Positions 1-11,825 of a stretch of DNA of 64,000 nt are shown here, in pieces. Location of the stretch: positions 44,764,001-44,828,000 of the forward strand of contig NC_043000.1 in NCBI RefSeq assembly GCF_006345805.1, given 5' to 3'. The notes below the pieces were generated by a model. It was not told where the DNA came from. It saw nothing but the letters and a program-made list of their open reading frames with translations, and ran no database searches. Origin of the DNA: Octopus sinensis (Eukaryota). The position numbers were made by a program, and so were the translations under genes. Within the stretch, counting starts at the first letter, position 1. Each line of letters starts with the position of its first letter.

Positions 1-1410
1 TGCAGTAGCATATTTTATATTACACTGAGATCCAAGTTCCCATTCCATTATGCTGGTCTACATTGAGATGATGGGTTAGGAGTATCTCATGGCTTTGATG
101 GTCACGCACTTGACAAATTTAGGAAAAATATAATTGATACCTTTAGTCACTTAGGCCTCAAAATCAAACTTACTACTAATTTGTCCGAAGTTGATTGTTT
201 AGATGTTTCCCTAGATTTGAACTTCTATTCTTATAAGCCGTATCATAAGCCAAAGGAGAAGCTCTCATACATATATAAATAGATCTGTCTAGCATTATTA
301 ATAGTCTTTGAAAATCTTATAGCTAGCATTAGTAACAGGATGTCAAATTTATCTTCTTCAAGACGAATATCTAATAAGGTAGTCTCCTACTATACCAATG
401 CCCTCGCAAACAGCAAATAAAGGAAAATATATATTATAACTCTTTAATTAAAATGTAAATCTTTACAATAGATAAAAAAAATAGACCTAGGAAAATTATT
501 TGGTTCGCTCCTCTTTTCTCCATTAATGTTACGACTAACGTATGCAAGATCATAAATATAGGAACACATTTTATAGGCGCTAAGAAAAAAAATATCATAC
601 AGCTGCTACCCCAATATGAAGAACTTTATAACTCGTAAAGATCACGAAGAGACCACGCCCACATGTAACTATCGGGACCCTGAATCTTACACACGAGAGG
701 CACGTACAATTAACTCCGTCATATACGAGGTTGAAGTTACAACTACGCTCCAAGGTAAACCAATTGTAAAGAAGAATTACATCTGGTTATGTGAGGTCGA
801 TTTCAAGAGACTACCTATCTTTTTTCCGGCACATCGATAAAAGTAATGCAACTAAGTCAGCCAGCTACGTACAATTAAGTGGGGAATAGCTCCACACCAC
901 AAGCAATTAAATGGGAAAAAGTGATATGTTAATGGACCTAAGAAATGCGACTCGTACGTAGCAGAAAGATATCATATTCTTCTTGGATCCAACAATTTCA
1001 ACAGACTGCTTAATTCGAGATCTGAAAATTTTAGCAGGTGTAGGTACATGAAAAGGTTTCTTTTATCACATTGGAGGGGACCACCCACTCCGGATTGGAT
1101 TGCTGTCTTGCAGACTTTGCCATAGTTTCTGTTATTTTCTTCTAAACCAGTTGTGCTTAGATTTCTGCAGTCCGGGAGAACGAGGATCCTACTTTTCTTG
1201 ATTTCTTATTTTCTCATTCTATTTTTTGCAACAATCTTCTTCACGGTTTTTCCAAGTTTTTCTTATTTTTTTATTGGCCAGCGTCCTTGTTTCTAAAATA
1301 TGTATGACGCGTAAACAGAACCTGAATTATTGTTTTAAGGTACATGGCGTATTTTATAAATATACCTGTTCAGGTATCATAAAAGCCTGAAACTATTAGT
1401 GACTCTTTCG
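1..1410 (+). mobile_element. Decayed Penelope-like retroelement (RT C-terminal half, GIY-YIG endonuclease, 3' region)
   Basis: Manual translation across stops and frameshifts gives GLH*DDGLG (~55-81, cf. GLYRDDGL), VDCLDVSLDL, YKPYHKP, RKIIWFAPLF and ISYSCYPNMK. ORF 616-840 adds TCNYR..SVIYEVEV..NYIWLCEVDFKR (GIY-YIG-like VIY/YIG). The motif order matches Penelope-like ORFs. Confidence 0.85.
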
Positions 1411-1569
1411 GTTGTGTATGTATTTAAATTGATATGTGTGTGTGTGTGTGTGTGTTGTGAGTAATTAAAATAAAAATTTACTTGATATCATGTTTACATG
1501 TAGAAAAAACATTTACGAAAAAGAATGATAAAAATTTCACGAATATTAAAATAAATCTGAAGCAACTAA

Positions 1570-3000
1570 ATAGAAACAAGTGAAGAAGCAAATATTGTTG
1601 ATGGAATTGCTTCTTAAATTTGGCTGCAATTTTGCAACAAAAGCCCTACAGCAGACTATTTAAGTCAAAAGAGTAGTATTGCGGGCAGGAAACAGCGGCA
1701 AACTAACAATTCTATATCCAGTATTTTCAATTCTTTCTCCTCTTTAAAAAATCACTTGGACCATAAAAGGTTTGATTGCTCTCACGGCGCCATCCAACAA
1801 CATCTTTAATGGAATTGTTTAATTTTAGAAGTAGTGACGTTAATTTTGATGGAGTGATTTTGAACTGGAAGCAGCAAAGTCATCTAGTTAATTGGCGAAC
1901 CGTCTTGGCAATATTTTGCACTGATTCTAATATCTAAATAAGTGAGTGAGGTGCATACAAAATTAACAGGGGATAACTGACATGAAACTTCAATCCAATC
2001 AGAGTTTTCCTCACATTGTTCGATTATATTCTTGGCACATTTTCTCAGCAAACAAAACATTAGCAAATTTTGTCGATTCACTTCTAGAATTAAACAGATA
2101 GGTTTTCTTCAGGGATAAAGGATTAATTTTTTTACTTAGTTTTTTTTAGCTCCACCTCTAATACGGGGTTAATAAAAATGCATATGATCGATATGAGCGG
2201 TTCTCCATATGACTCATAACTTTTGTGATACAACATTTTAAAAGAGCGAAATTCCTTCTATTAAATAGCCATTATATATCTCCCCTTTCATCATTGATTA
2301 ATTACAATTAATGAGCATCATCCACTTAAAAGTATTTTAAAGATTTTTGCATGATATTTGGTGAGCTGAGGACATGAATTGACAATTGCTTTTACTTTTA
2401 AATGGCACGACCAATGCTTACAATTTCTTCAACGTAATGACCTTCTGCATTCCAGGTTATTTCTCTAAGTTTACTTTGCTGTAGATTGACATAAATAACG
2501 GCATCTTCTAAAGGTGATAGTCATTGTCGAATGTAAATTCCAACTAGTTTTCAACGTATCAAATATCATTAGTCAAATTAGGTCCATCACAAATTGATTA
2601 AGCTTTCTTTTGATCATAGCATAAGCAGCTTAACGGTGTCTATATTGACAAAGGGTGCAGTTTCATTAATTCCAATCATTTCAGAATTCACCAGACAGGT
2701 GTACATTAATTATATCTTTAATCATGCGAAGCTAAATATTCACCTATAGAAATGTTGAATATTTGAGTTCCTCTATCTTTTAGTTGTTTTATAAATCACA
2801 TTAACAAAATTCTCTCTTGATTTATCTACAGCATTATTGAACTGTATCCGTTAAATGAGAAACACTATTACGTTAACACCAAACCTTTTTGATAGTTTTC
2901 CTATTAAAGGATATATTTAACTAATGAATGCACGAAAAAATCCATCTATAGCAATGAATTTGGATACTATTTCCTCTATAATTTCACTACCATTTCAGTA
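1570..3000 (-). mobile_element. Heavily decayed hAT-superfamily transposase
   Basis: Minus-strand fragments in hAT order: EEIVSKFIAIDGF (~2940-2980), FNISIGEY...INVHLSGEF, ICDGPN (TDG-like), KVKAIV, ALLKCCITK, and C-terminal SAVGL.VAKLQPNLRSNSINNICFF (dimerisation-domain-like). Many stops. Confidence 0.6.
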
Positions 3001-3279
3001 CAGATTTTTTTGTCGTTGGATTATTTTTGGAAGAAGATCGCCGTTTTGAAGTGTACGAGGTCCCGATAAATTGTCTTTTTGAGCGTCATTTATACGACAT
3101 AAAAACCGCTTATAGAACAATCCAAAGATACTAAGCTATTCTTGCAATATATAATTCGTTTTCAAAAAAATACGATCGAAAATTCTCAGAAAAGAAAATA
3201 CAATGCGAAAATTCCTGATTGCATATTTAAGTAAAACTACTTATATTTCCCCCCAAAATATGAAACAGGAATCTTTGTT

Positions 3280-3737
3280 TCTTAACAAAACACACGTTTT
3301 TGCTCGATTAGTGAAGGTTTATACCAGCGTTTTAGGAAAAAGTCTCTATCGCGCCCAGATTAATTTTTGTGGGGGTGGGGGAAGAAAGATGAACGATTTA
3401 AAATAAATATCTTATTTGTTGTATGAGAAAGTATAGAGATTCTAATGATAAAACATAGTATCATTCAAAAACATCCTAAATTTATAGACTATATCTTGTG
3501 TGTTTAAGAAAAAAAACATTTTACAGAAATAAATTTTACTTGGTTCGTTATTAAATATAGATATAGATATATACATAGAGAGAGAGAGAGAGAGAGAGCA
3601 GAGAATATGACATCCTTCAACTTTCTTCTCCCGCCCCTCTCACAAAACAAATTAGTTTAAGCGCGAAAGAGTTTTTTTTTCTAAAACGCTGGTATAAACC
3701 TCAACTAGTCGACAAATAAAGTGCGTTTTATTGAGAC
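3280..3737. repeat. Degenerate inverted repeat (MITE-like or transposon subterminal region)
   Basis: ggtttataccagcgttttag (~3316-3335) is the exact reverse complement of ctaaaacgctggtataaacc (~3681-3700). Weaker complementarity extends over ~110-bp arms. Confidence 0.7.
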
Positions 3738-3816
3738 TTAATCCATTCATTTGACAGCAAAGAGGTAAGTAGCACTTTGTCGGTGAATTTTTACCTGTCT
3801 ACATGCATACACGCTA

Positions 3817-3880
<64 letters not shown>

Positions 3881-4059
3881 GTAAGAAAAATAAGTTGGCT
3901 AGCAGCAAGCTGTTTCGCCTCATACCGAAGGAATTAGAAATGGCAGTCAAAGACCGTTTTTTCCATTTCTATAAGTGGAGATTCCAAAAACGAAGGCCCT
4001 TGCGGCTCACATACACAAAACCGGAGTGGCAAATATACGAATTCAGTCACTTACCGTTA

Positions 4060-4132
4060 ATAGCGAACACGGTGTTTCTGGATCACAAACATATAAAAAA
4101 AAGGGGAGTTTGAATTCCGTCATCAGCGCTAT
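4060..4132 (-). ncRNA. Minimal type-I hammerhead ribozyme motif (family A, left arm)
   Basis: Reverse complement of the 4692-4762 motif. tcatcag (CUGAUGA) at 4120-4126; stem I atagcg/cgctat. Confidence 0.75.
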
Positions 4133-4691
4133 ATTCGATAGTTTTATCAAATGCCACCGGCCCTCACTTCTGACCCAGCGACATCAGATAGTGGGGGGAA
4201 GTGCGCAGATGTTAAAACCAAGTAACGACTGGGAACGTAAATTTTCCCTCCAAAATTCTGCCATGCGCGCCTTCTGGGTAATCGTAATGGAATGAGGAAT
4301 CCACATGGTAATACAATAAAAATGGTAAATAATTTTCCTGTGGTTTTTCATGTAACCAACAATTATTTACCGGTAAATTTAGGTATGTAAATACGACAAA
4401 ATAATTGTCAAGACCTTTGTAAGGTTCAGTATATAGTAAAGAAAAATAAGTTGGCTAGCAGCAAGCTGTTTCGCCTCATACCGAAGGAAAATTATTTACC
4501 ATTTTTATTGTATTACCATGTGGATTCCTCATTCCATTACGATTACCCAGAAGGCGCGCATGGCAGAATTTTGGAGGGAAAATTTACGTTCCCAGTCGTT
4601 ACTTGGTTTTAACATCTGCGCACTTCCCCCCACTATCTGATGTCGCTGGGTCAGAAGTGAGGGCCGGTGGCATTTGATAAAACTATCGAAT

Positions 4692-4762
4692 ATAGCGCTG
4701 ATGACGGAATTCAAACTCCCCTTTTTTATATGTTTGTGATCCAGAAACACCGTGTTCGCTAT
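4692..4762 (+). ncRNA. Minimal type-I hammerhead ribozyme motif (family A, right arm)
   Basis: atagcg (stem I) - CTGATGA 4698-4704 - stem II gga..caaac/gtttg..tcc - GAAA 4744-4747 - stem III ACAC-c-GTGT - T - cgctat (stem I). Predicted cleavage triplet GUU after 4756. Confidence 0.75.
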
Positions 4763-5111
4763 TAACGGTAAGTGACTGAATTCGTATATTTGCCACTCCG
4801 GTTTTGTGTATGTGAGCCGCAAGGGCCTTCGTTTTTGGAATCTCCACTTATAGAAATGGAAAAAACGGTCTTTGACTGCCATTTCTAATTCCTTCGGTAT
4901 GAGGCGAAACAGCTTGCTGCTAGCCAACTTATTTTTCTTTACTATATACTGAACCTTACAAAGGTCTTGACAATTATTTTGTCGTATTTACATACCGAAA
5001 TTTACCGGTAAATAATTGTTGGTTACATGAAAAACCACAGGAAAATTATTTACCATTTTTATTGTATATATATATACACAATATAAATGTCACATTCTCT
5101 AATTCTCTACA

Positions 5112-5273
5112 GGCGTAGGAGTGGCTGTAGGGTAAGGAGCTTGCTAACCAGCCACATGGTTCCGGGTTTAGTCCCACTGCGTGGCATCTTGGGCAAGTGT
5201 CTTCTATTATAGCATCGGGCCGGCCAAAGCCTTGTGAGTGGATTTGGTAGACGGAAACTGAAAGAAGCCCGTC

Positions 5274-5340
<67 letters not shown>

Positions 5341-5551
5341 TTGTGTGTGTCTGTGTTTGTCCCCCTAGCATAGTTTGACAACCGATGCTGGTGTGTTTAT
5401 GTCCCCGTTACTTAGCGGTTCGGCAAAAAGAGACCGATAGAATAAGTACTGGGATTACAAAGAATAAGTCCCGGGGTTGAGTTGCTCGATTAAAGGCGGT
5501 GCTCCAGCATGGCCGCAGTAAAATGACTGAAACAAGTAAAAGAGTAAAGAG
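5112..5551 (+). mobile_element. tRNA-derived SINE, family 1, with internal (TA)n(TG)n
   Basis: Pol III A-box-like tggctgtagggtaagg, B-box-like ggtttagtccc, and tail aaagagtaaagag. Near-identical copies at 24248 and 34032. Confidence 0.9.
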
Positions 5552-5583
<32 letters not shown>

Positions 5584-5691
5584 ATATAAGAGTGAAAATT
5601 GAATATTAATTTGATTGATACCAATTTAAAACCATTGGCCTAGCTTATTGAAAGATCGGAAGATTCAGAAAAATTATATTGCATACATATA

Positions 5692-5813
5692 TGAGAGATG
5701 GACATTAAGTGGATATCCATTACACTAGAGGTAGACCCTAAATCTTTTCTTAGTGGTCAGACCATATGTGGTCTACCTCTAGCATAATGGATGCCCACTT
5801 AGTGGTCATTCCT

Positions 5814-5814
<1 letters not shown>
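5692..5814. repeat. Imperfect hairpin between (TA)n tracts
   Basis: ctagaggtagacc (5725-5737) pairs with ggtctacctctag (5770-5782), extended by aagtggatatccatta / taatggatgcccactt. Confidence 0.75.
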
Positions 5815-5849
<35 letters not shown>

Positions 5850-7804
5850 GAACCATGTAATTCACACTTGGAAAATTTCTGTAAACTATAGGGAGTGGGT
5901 AAAATTTTCGAGGCATCCACCTCACCCCACTCCGTTTTTCGGACCCAAAACAGGGTTTTGTTGCATTTTAGGAGGACACAGGAATTCATTCAACGAAGAG
6001 AGAAAGAATTCTAATGATTCCGGGTCGAGGGTCCCCCTCGCCCCGCTTTTTACCGAACGAAAATAAGGGATTTGCTGCATATTATGAGGTCAGCGTACTT
6101 GATTCCACGCAAAAAAATTCTTTTCTTAATCGTGTAGGTGTTACATAAAAAATTTACCGAATTTATAATACTTTATAACATTTGTATATATATATATGAG
6201 TGTGTGAATATACATATATATATATATAGTGAGAGATGTGTATGTGTGCGTGTGTGCAAATATGTGTTTGTGTGTGTTTAACGTGCATGGTAACCTAAGA
6301 GTGTGCTGTCCAAAGCTCCTCTTCGAGTATCGGCTAGTAAATGTTATCATACATTTGTACTTCTCCTTTTACTGCATATGCATGTGGAAACACAATAATA
6401 TCCGTAGAGTATAAACAAAGTTTTTAAAAGTGCTATATTCATACCGAAATAGTTCTTTTAATATTCCTCTGAGAAAGAGGTATAAAGAATGGATCTATCT
6501 ATAGTTTGTTGGCTTGATGGTTGGACGGGACGACAGACGAAGGATGGATGTATGCATGCAGGCTGAGTAAAAGCAAAAATAAATTCTAATGTTTTGAATG
6601 GAGTCATTTTTTAGGGAAAAATAATGAAATATTTTCCGATTGCACCAATATAATGTTATAGATGGGGACAGTATGTGAAAGAAAGCGATAACCAGTTGTG
6701 GCAGATGTTATTAGGAGGATGTATTCTTAAATAGTTGGAATAAATCTATAAAGATACGGAAAACACCCCCAAAATTATATCATAAGGGATATGTTCATAT
6801 ACTTAGATCGAGTGACATACATAGATGTCAGATGACATATTAACCACTTTAAATCCAAGGACAATAATCGTGCTTTTCAGTTAGCAGAAATATACACATT
6901 AGAGTTTAGAAGGATGCGTATCACACGGACGCGCGTATACTTGTACACTTAATGTAATCATCAGGCGTACCCAGTCTAGCATAGTATGTGTATCAATTAC
7001 TTTTTTATTCTTTCAAGGCGGAGAAAAAGAGTTCCAAGCTAGTGCTGTTGCAGTCCTGTTCCCCTCCAGCTGTCACATCATCTATGTTTCGATAAGTAAA
7101 TGTTATGAGACCCCGAGAAGATTTGTATATCTGCTTGTGAATTATACAGATAGCGAAAACATTTGCGAAAGGCTAGTAAAAACTATCACGTTGTACTCCG
7201 TTGCGAATAACGGCGCATAAGTAAACGTGTATGTGTGTATGCGTCTATTTGCGGGTGTGTGTGAATGTATGCATATTTATATGTATGTATGTATGTCTAT
7301 GAATTTATGACAACTGATGTGTACATGTTTACAAAGTTAAGATTGCGCAAATTCCAATAAATTAAAACCAGTTCTATCCTCCGAGAATCATTCAAAGAGT
7401 AAAATCAATACAGTGCATGGACACAACTGCCATTTATTAGAAAACATTAATGGTTCTCTTCACATCAAACCAAAGATTTTTTTACAAGAAATTCGTTTGA
7501 CACTCTCTCCTCATAATTCAGTGTTTTGTTTCAAATAACCAGTTACATTGTAAATATTCCTCAATGGAGAAAGTATATTTTAGCTAAAATTTCTACCAGA
7601 CTACTTCAAATGGACTGTAAATAAGAAGCAATTTATTTAAACTACTGCATTCTTATAGATGATCATGATAGTGCTATACAAAACAGTTCTGAAATTACAG
7701 ATACTTCCTACTTAAAATTATGCAACCGCTGCATGAATGGGATGTATCGTTTTTAAAAATATTAGGAGTGAGCACACTAATGCTACATGATAACCTAACT
7801 GTAA

Positions 7805-8340
7805 AAAAAAACGTGCATCAAGTTATACGGAGGCGACTTCAAATGACACCACCTACCTTCTTTTCGGCACATGAACAAAAGTAAAGCCACTAATTTGGCT
7901 AGCTACCTATGGGGTTCGAAGCCCAACAGAACGCAACATACAATCGAGTGGAAAATCATGGAAAAATCCATTTCATATATTAATGGATAAAAGTCCGTTG
8001 CAAGTTATGCATAGCTGAAAGATTGCATATCGTTTTTATCTAAGAATTCCACCACTCTGATGATTTCCAGACATGACATTTTCAGCAAATGCAAACATAT
8101 GGAAATTTTCTTTAGGCTTTTGCGAATTGGAGAACACCACACTCTTCGGAGTGAGCAGCTCTATCGCAGACTTCAGAGCCCTTCTGTTGATTCTACATCA
8201 ACCAGTTTTATGGCTTTACGGTCAAAGGGGACATAACATATATTCTCTTTCTTCGTTTCTTTTTAAGCTTTTTTCATCCTTCTACTTTCTGGATCCACCC
8301 TCCTATATTTTTTTCCTATGAGGTCTCCATATCATTCTTC
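7805..8340 (+). mobile_element. Penelope-like 3' fragment (GIY-YIG C-terminus)
   Basis: SFRHMNKSKATNLASYLW...IEWKIMEK...CKLCIAERLHI. Homologous to ~790-1100 of this window. Confidence 0.8.
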
Positions 8341-8364
8341 CTTGATTTATTTCTTCAGAGTGGG

Positions 8365-8600
8365 GGGATGTTACATCACCACTCCTTCGTGAGCTTTACC
8401 TTTGAGTATGAGGGAGCTTGATACAGCTGCCCCATCTGTACCTCATGCAGGACGTTTGATCCATCCTGTATCGTGGGTGACTTTTTCAAGACATCCACGT
8501 CCATATTTTGTAGGTTTCTAAAGTTTTTGACAGAATATTGAAGAGTTACAGACCTTCAGCTGTTACCATCTTTTTTAATATCCGCTTCAATATCCGCTGT
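8365..8600 (-). mobile_element. Possible RTE-clade LINE C-terminal remnant
   Basis: Weak fragments SNVLHEVQM / SSLILK..RSGDV resemble the region before the RTE LRWAGHV motif. Confidence 0.3.
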
Positions 8601-8635
8601 TAGTTTGATGTGAGCAGTAGTTTAGAGAAATAGGC

Positions 8636-8782
8636 ATAGATCGATCGACAGATACGCAGATAGATAGACAGACAGAGAGATGGATAGATAGACAGACAGA
8701 CAGACAGACAGATAGATCTATAGATAGATAGATCTATAGATAGATAGATTGATTGATTGATAGATTGATAGACAGATAGATA
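8636..8782. repeat. (GATA)/(GACA)/(GATT) compound microsatellite
   Basis: Directly visible. Confidence 0.95.
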
Positions 8783-11394
8783 CAAAACACGTAAATAAGA
8801 CGAGAGGGAGATTACGAGACAACCAGATAATATAAAATCTCGCGTAGAAAAATTAAACGAAACAATAACACCCAGAAAGTCTGTAAAGTAAAAATATGAC
8901 AGATTAGAGGAATAGCAGTGGACTTAAATTTTATACTAGATATAGGGAAATTCCAAGAATGAAGAGAAAGGGAAGAATAAGATATTGAAAAGATAAATAT
9001 GTGTGTGTACTTGTGCGCGTGTAAATGTGAGTACGTACGTAAGCGTATTAGCAATCTACTCGGCTGAACAATTTTAACTAATCTACATGAGAAATGTTAT
9101 CACAGAGAGTACATAACAGCTCAGGAGGTCAGAAGGATACGTAGTACGTTATGTGAGTGTGATGTAAAATACAAAAGACACCTTAAATAAGTAACGCCAG
9201 AATATGAAATATTTAACTTGAATTACCATGCTCTTCTACATGTTTCTGTGACTCTTCACCTCGTCCCTAGTTACTTTTCTAGCCACATAGTATATAGTAT
9301 ATAATTGTTGATATCACGAGTATTTGGCATAGAAATCGATCGGGAATGGATGAAGAAAGCCGCTTTTTCACGCACACACATGTATGCATGTTCCTGTATT
9401 TAATATCGTTGAATGCCATGATTTATCCATAAAGTATTAAGAAACATACATATATACACGCACGCACACTCACACACATACATACTCATATACATGCATA
9501 CATACATATACGTATAAAACGACTTGGCTAAATTTCGGTTCATACCGCGCATAAAATAATCATTAAAACTACTGCTTGTGTTAAAAGTGTGGTCTGTGTT
9601 TGTATAAAGCTAATGTATTCTTTCAAACACGCTATACTAAAAACATGGAGAAGAAATCAACATCAACAGGCTGCATACATGAAACTAGATTTTATATGGA
9701 AAAACATCAGCCATTCAATGACGATGGGACTAATTGTCATCTATGAAACATTTAATATGAATGCAACATACCTAATGAAGAAAATATTGTTTGAACATCC
9801 GTACTATCAAACTTGGCAAAGCATATCATAAAAGATTTGCAGAATAATTGGATAATACTTTTTAAATAAGCGAGTTATAGTTTGTTAAATATATTCATTA
9901 ATATGTTATTCTTTTATATTTTGCGGCTTGTACTGAATTTGTTAAGACCCTCACTTTTTTTTCTTTATTGTACATGCAATCAAAATATATTCTATCCAGT
10001 TTTATTATCAGATATGTTCATCATGTGACATTTTGTATGTCTTAACTGCAAAATTGTTTCTTTGACACATTGTAAAATTGTCATTTCATATCCATCATGC
10101 TGAAATGATAATTATCAAATAAGATAAATACAGAAAGAAGTTTGAAATTAGCGAAATAAATAAACGATTGACTTCAAAATTCTTCATCTGTAAATTGTTA
10201 AATACGCCTTCATCTAATTATTGGACACTAAAAGATAACTCGCAATATCATGATCTTTGAATGAAATGAACATGCATATATTCTAAAGATATTTAAAATT
10301 ATTCAGTTGGCGTTTGTTTTTAAGCATTAGATGAAAAAACTGTTTGCTTTATCCGATGTCAACAATGTAACTTATTTGAATTTGTCACCTTAGTAATTTA
10401 ATGCCTGTATAGAAATTAACATGTCTCATTAGAGCTTGCAATAATGATGCACGGGCTTAATTGTTTAATATGTGATGAAACATTAAATCCAAATCTTCTA
10501 CAGAATATTCTCCTCCAATAATTTCTTAATTTTATTACTCAGTTTATTTCTCTAAAGTTTTGACAATAAAGAAAACCATTAGAAATTGATTCATTTGTAT
10601 AAAAGGTGGCCAAGATAGAAATACTAATTATTTCAACTGAGTATTAACATTGATACAGTTTTGAATAAAAGTTGTATTAGGACGTTTTCCATGCATGTAA
10701 ATTGCTGGGCATCGATGTAATCGAATACACCCTAGAAATATGCGTCACAGCTAAACGACAGTCATTTAAAAGGTATAAATAAAAGTTCAAAAGCAAACAA
10801 TTAAGATAACAACACAAAGATAGGTATGAACACAAAACACTGTTAACTTGAATTGAGAAAATAGTTCAACTTCGATCACAACGAATAAAATAGTGAAAGA
10901 ACACAAAACCAAATCCCAGGACGCCTTAAAAATATCGAATATTAAAAGCGAAGCAAAACTACCCCAAGGAAAATATAAACTTAACTGAATATAAGAACGT
11001 TCTGAGAATAAAAAAGAACTAAATTTGATCATGTGGAAGTTAACAAAAATCTTATGGTATGATAGCTAAATAATTAAAATAGGCAGAATTTGTCCTTAGT
11101 ACGACGAATCTCAAAGCGAAAACGTAATGATAAAATAAGTAGTGAAAATTAACGTGAAATGGAATTTAAGGAAGAGATTCTAACATCAGTTTAGTGAAAT
11201 CTACATCAAGCAATCTATATGCAATTGCTGAAGGACACACAAAGAGAGATGAGTACATCCCAGATAGGAGATGGGGAAAGTGTCGTGAGTTCAGACTGTC
11301 GTAAGACCTTCTATGCTATTTCTCAACATATGACAGCTTATTCAATACGGTTTTCGGCTAGGTAAGGATATCTCATTATTATTATTAACGGGAA

Positions 11395-11825
11395 AACAAA
11401 GCCAGTGAGCTGACAGAATCGTTTGTGTGCAGGATGGAATGCTAGCGGTATTTCGCCCGGCGCTACGTTCTGAGTTCAAATCACACCAAGGTCGACTTTG
11501 CCTTTCATCGTTTCGAAGTCGATAAAATAAGTACCAGTTGAACATTGGGAGCGATGTAATCGACTCATTCTCCCCCCCCCAAAAAAAAACTGCTGTCCTT
11601 GTTGAAAAACTTGAAGCCATTATTATTATTGAGAAAACAAAGGCGGTGAGCTGGCAGAATCGTTGGCGTGCTGGACGAAATGCTTCGCAGTATTTCGGCG
11701 AGATTGGCTTTGCCTTTTATTCTTTCGGGGTCGATAAATTAAGTACCAATAAAACACTGGGGTCCATGTGTTCGACTAGTCCTCTCCCCAAAAATTGCAG
11801 GCCTTGTGCCTATAGTCAAAAGGAG
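11395..11825 (+). mobile_element. Two adjacent decayed SINE family 2 copies
   Basis: Both begin (g)gtgagctg(g/a)cagaatcgtt and share tttgcctt...gtcgataaa(a/t)taagtacca. B-box-like gagttcaaatc in the first copy. Confidence 0.8.

Larger units (their letters stand above)
3878..5067. mobile_element. Young inverted-dimer element of a ~555-nt hammerhead-containing monomer (retrozyme-like or Penelope pseudo-LTR derived)
   Basis: Left half 3878-4489 carries a direct terminal repeat (gttggctagc at 3894 and 4450). Right half 4486-5067 is the reverse complement in a different permutation (ggaaaattatttacc at 4486 and 5040). The halves are nearly identical and the element is flanked by (TA)n. Confidence 0.8.

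Noticed and set aside
1364-1405. Hammerhead at the 3' end of the first Penelope remnant (CTGTTCA..GAAACTATTAGT)
   Set aside because: The position is plausible but the core and stem I are too degenerate to call.
3819-3880. Single phase slip (AA or TT) in the middle of many (TA)n tracts
   Set aside because: The recurrence suggests a consensus or assembly artefact of TA hairpins rather than biology.
4529-4927. 132-aa ORF and its split mirror copies at 3895-4295
   Set aside because: Starts at TTG, lies antisense to the hammerhead strand, has no recognisable domain, and is frameshifted in the other arm.
9900-10700. Second decayed hAT transposase on the plus strand
   Set aside because: Only faint fragments (CDILY, LLDTKR); insufficient evidence.
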